Part shown: piece after piece, positions 60,056 to 64,000 of the stretch
Layout of the letters: each line of letters begins with the position of its first letter
How positions within the stretch are numbered: position 1 is the stretch's first letter
NCBI GenBank assembly: GCA_013265495.1
Contig: MU058636.1
Coordinates: forward strand, 1,798,001-1,862,000
DNA length: 64,000 bases
Reading direction: 5' to 3'
Source: Vicugna vicugna
Taxonomy: Eukaryota
Notes under the pieces: model-generated
The model's database searches: none
Seen by the model: only the letters and a program-made list of their open reading frames with translations
What the model was told of the DNA's origin: nothing
Made by a program: the position numbers and the translations under genes

Positions 60056-61703
60056 TGCAGAAATGTGGACTGACATAACATTTCCTGTGCACGATCTCTG
60101 CAAGGGACCAACCATGGAATTTTCTCTTTTCTTCTGCCACCTTTCCTGTCCCTGCAGGTTTCTCCACAGACTCAATTCATGGCCAATGTCCATGTCTTCC
60201 CTTCTCCCTCCACCAGCGCCCTCAGCCTGGGATCATTCTGACTGTGGGGATGGGAGGGTGCGGTCTGTCTAGCCCCCACCATCCATCTGTCCAGGCTCCC
60301 CAGCCTTGTTCCCACCCTGGTCCTGGGTTAGCAGATGGGCACAGCAGCTGAGGGAGAAGGGGTCCCGGCTCCACTGCTCTTTGCCCCCTCCCATTTTGTG
60401 TGACCCTTACCTCTTATTTCTGCACACGGAGGATCCCCCACCAATGGTCCTCTGGCCCAGACTTGGAGCCTGGCGGTTCTCAGGTCCTCTGAGAGCAGCT
60501 GAAAAGAGACAGACACCTGAAGTTGCAAGTGGAAACTCCTCTCATGGAAATGCTGATACGAGCGTTAGGAAGGGCCTGGCTGAGGACAGTGCTGAATTTC
60601 TGCCAGAGACTGGGAAGCTAACCTCCTTTTATTTTGTGTTACCTATTGCATAACAGTAGCCTACTAATTCCAAATCGCCTACTAAGGGCTGAACCTTCAA
60701 GACACAAAAGGTTAAGGTATTAAATAGTCATGGATATAGAAACAACATCCACCAAAAAAAATCCCCAAAACAAAAAAAAACCCTCCAAAAACAAAAGCGT
60801 AAAACACACCCAAATTCCTAAAATGGAACTTGGCAACCCTTGCGTGGGCTCTGTGTCTGCTGTTTGACTCTCTCCAGTCAAATCTATCAAAGGCATGGAA
60901 GACGGTCAGAGGTAAGGCAATTTTCATCTGAGCAAAAAGGTAAGTTATTGAACTGTCCACTGTAAATGGTGAATTGTCTGGAATATGAGTTATGTATCAA
61001 TAAAGCTATTATTTTCAAGTTAATTTATACAGAGAGGTAACCTCATAATTTGCCTTTAACCATTCAAGATATGATTCTTCTGTTCTGATGGCTGAATAGA
61101 TTATATTTGACATTATCATTTTTCTTGTAAGATAAGAGACTTCTAACAGTACTTAGAGAAAATTCTTAAATAGGCCCAGTCAAATTTTCATTGTTTTTTA
61201 GCTGAAACATTTCCAGCATCTGCTCCCTTCAACTAACTACAGCCCTTAATTTTGCATGAGCAGAGCTTGTGCAGAAATGTTTTCTCAGTAAAATACCAGA
61301 AAGGCAAATTGCTTTCCTATGTGCACACTGTAAATTCAAGGTGCATTGGGCGTTGGAACGCCTGTAATCTTGCTGTCACCAGGCTCCTTTCACTGGCTGA
61401 GGACTGAGACAAAGCAAGATGAATTTCTAGCAGAAGGAGCCCAGGGGGGCTGCTGCGGCCGGTGTGGCTGTGAGGAGGTGGCAGGCGTGGGTGACACGTC
61501 AAGCCTGCACTTAGTATCTCCACGTATCTAAGTAAGTGACTTAACCTTCTTAGGCTTAAGCCTTGGTTTCACTGTGTGTTGAATGCACAGAACCAGCTCC
61601 TACCTCGCAATGTGTTCAGTGCAGCAGTCCATGTAAATTCAGCACAGCTTTAGCACACAATGTGTTATCCATAAATAAGTATAATATAAAGAATTCTTCA
61701 AAG

Positions 61704-62019
61704 CGAACCTTGAAGACATTAGGCTAGCTGAAATATCCAGTTACACAAAGACATGTAGTGCATGATTTCACTTATATGAAGTAACCACATTCATAGAAGC
61801 AGAAAACGGGAGAGAGGGGGCTGCCGGGGGCTGGGGGAAGGGGGGATAGGGACTATTTAATGGGAACAGAGTTTCAGTTTGAGAAGATGAAAAAGTTCTG
61901 GAGATGGATGGCAGTGATGGTTGCACAACAGTGTGAATGTACTTAATGCCACTCAGCTGTACAATTCAAAATGGCTAAAATGGTAAATTTTACTTATGTA
62001 ATTTTACCGCAAAAAAAAA
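61704..62019 (+). mobile_element. Old LINE-1 3' end (L1MB-like)
   Basis: GAACCTTGAAGACATTA...CAGAGTTTCAGTTTGAGAAGATGAAAAAGTTCTGGAGATGGATGG...GAATGTACTTAATGCCACT, then poly-A. Confidence 0.85.
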
Positions 62020-63137
62020 TCATCAAAGATTTTTCTGCCTCTTTAAGATAATTTAAAACTTAATATGTGTTGGATTTCCAGGAACTAAAAAGATGTGTTT
62101 TTTTAGGTGATAAGTGTTTCCTACTTTTTCTCTGTTGCTGACAGTGATTGTAACACAGACAGTAACAAATGTGAACACCGATATGTCATTTATTTTTGAC
62201 AAAAATGATAGTGGGCGCGGCAGGGGAGCGCAGACAAATCTGTTACTGAGATGATCCTTCGTGAAGAGCTGAGGGGAGAGAAGCACGATCAAGAAGAAAG
62301 ACAAGTGAGGGCAGTGGGAGAAGGGCTGCCTCTGTGACGGGAGGTCACCCAGGCATCTGCTTGCCGCAAGCCCTCGCCGCGGGGTGTTTCTCTTACTCCC
62401 GGAAACAGTCTTCGTTTTCGGTACAGGAGGCCAGTCCAGGCTCAGAGAATTCAACAAAGAAGGTACTCCAAGAAAAATAAGTTCAAAAGTCAATTCCCTG
62501 TGCAAATGAACGCACGGCATCCAACAGAGTGGTGACTACCAGGTCCTGTGAAGGAATCTGGCATCGGGCTGCTGTCACTGTTGGGACTGTGTGAATAGTG
62601 CACAAGGAGTGCACAATCCCTACCACAGTTGGTGAATAAATGAAGTGAAGTTACCTGCATAGAGGCTGTTTTTCCATCTAATCAACACATTGGCCTTCCC
62701 TTCAATTCCGCTTCTTAAAATGTGCTTTCCCCAAGGCAGGGTGTGTCCTGGAGTCAGGCTGCCAGAAGGACAACAGCAGTCCCAGGGCGCCACCTGCTGG
62801 CAAGACCCCTGCAAGGGGCTGCCGCGGGGCTGTCCAGGCGGCGGCAGCAGCACTTTCCTGAGATCGGGGCAGGTGTGCTCTGACACGAGACAAAAATGTG
62901 TAGTGTGTCAGGGACACAATTTGACCCAAACTAAAACCAAATCTGGGATAAGGGCTGGGTTTAAAAGAGTCTAATTTCATTTTCCAACGCCATCCTTCCT
63001 AAGAAAATGTGGGCTTTTTTATATCATATTTGGTGTTTACAAAAGTTACGTTATTAAGGATAATACCATGAGGAACACCTGTGAACCCATGACCCCACCC
63101 AACCCCCGAAACTTCAAATGTCATTATGTGAAAATGA

Positions 63138-63264
63138 ATTTTTTTTGGGGGGGTAATTGGATTTATTTATTTACTTATCTATTTTTAATGGAGGTCCTGG
63201 GGACTGAACTCAGGACCTCTTGTACGCTAACCATGCGCTCTGCCGCTGAGCTGTACCCTTCCCC
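63138..63264 (-). mobile_element. tRNA-Ala-derived SINE (camelid vic-1-like)
   Basis: Reverse complement GGGGAAGGGTACAGCTCAGCGGCAGAGCGCATGGTTAGCGTACAAGAGGTCCTGAGTTCAGTCCCCAGGACCTCCATTAAAA. Confidence 0.85.
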
Positions 63265-63444
63265 CGATCATGAATAAACAGTGATAATTATATATTATAT
63301 ATATATATTACAGTTCCATAATTATATATATTAATATATATATTACAGTTCCATGTAATACCTTGAGTGAAATCTAGCATAATGTAGATTCTTTTTTTCT
63401 TTAAGAAATTAACCTCTGGAAGTCGATATGGTGTATGACACATT

Positions 63445-63552
63445 CTGGGGGTGTTTTGTTTTGTTTTGTTTGTTAATGGAGGTACTGGGGATTGAACCCA
63501 AGCCCTCCTGCATTCTAAGCACGTGCTCTACCACTAAGCTAAACCCTCCCCC
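63445..63552 (-). mobile_element. tRNA-Ala-derived SINE (camelid vic-1-like)
   Basis: Reverse complement GGGGGAGGGTTTAGCTTAGTGGTAGAGCACGTGCTTAGAATGCAGGAGGGCTTGGGTTCAATCCCCAGTACCTCCATTAA. Confidence 0.88.
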
Positions 63553-64000
63553 AACACTTATTTTTATAAAGCTCCTGAACAAGAGAATATTCATTTTCAA
63601 GAAAATTAAATTGTTTGGTGCCTGTAATACTGCAGCAACCAGAGGGGTGCTCTACAGGTCAGTCCACGTACAAATGTATTTATTTGGCTCCATCCACAGT
63701 GAAGTCATGTTCAGAAAGTACGTGTGTCCTGACCACAATCACTGGGGCAGAAGGAAAAGGAGAACATGCCTGTAAACGTTAACTCACTTTTATTTTCCCC
63801 CCTGTGATCACCAACACATAAGCAGTTCAAGAGGGCTTCCCCAATGCCTGCCGCTCGACTCCCTCCTCAACTACTATCAAGATCGCAGAAGGTACAGAGG
63901 AGAATAAATCAGTGCAGCCCTCAAAGCTAGAAAGACCGTGGGATGATCAAAAATAGAGGACTTTCTGGAGAAGTTAGGGCAGCACGTGGGCGGCTCACAG

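Noticed and set aside
63445..63552. tRNA-like sequences as tRNA genes
   Set aside because: They have A/B boxes but degenerate stems, A-rich tails and in one case a clear TSD, so they are SINEs.
63632..63652. CTCF-like GCAACCAGAGGGGTGCT
   Set aside because: Needs a gap or three mismatches in the core; too weak.

Overview
Mammalian genomic DNA containing most of the ParaHox cluster. It holds PDX1 (+, 2 coding exons, 282 aa) with its upstream enhancer Areas I-III, CDX2 (-, 3 coding exons, 308 aa) and URAD/PRHOXNB (-, 2 coding exons, 173 aa; OHCU decarboxylase of urate degradation). All three reading frames are intact with GT-AG introns. tRNA-Ala-like SINEs suggest a camelid genome (inference). 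Between the genes lie CpG islands and a repeat-dense block (L1, MaLR/ERV LTR, hAT, MIR, L2). I found no wholly new gene system. The most notable items are: (1) URAD ends in -PKP rather than a -xKL peroxisomal targeting signal; (2) CDX2 has a strong-Kozak upstream AUG, out of frame with the main ORF, and a splice donor overlapping the main ATG, which together encode a homeodomain-only isoform; (3) a GC donor shifted by 4 nt opens an SR-rich alternative CDX2 C-terminus; (4) a perfect 27-bp tandem duplication doubles a TCF/LEF site in CDX2 intron 1; (5) there is an antisense TATA/CCAAT/splice-donor unit inside the PDX1 enhancers; (6) three co-oriented CTCF cores occur; (7) a 27-bp exact repeat, 1.6 kb apart, sits at a repeat junction. 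Repeat family names and comparisons with human proteins are from recall, not from searches.
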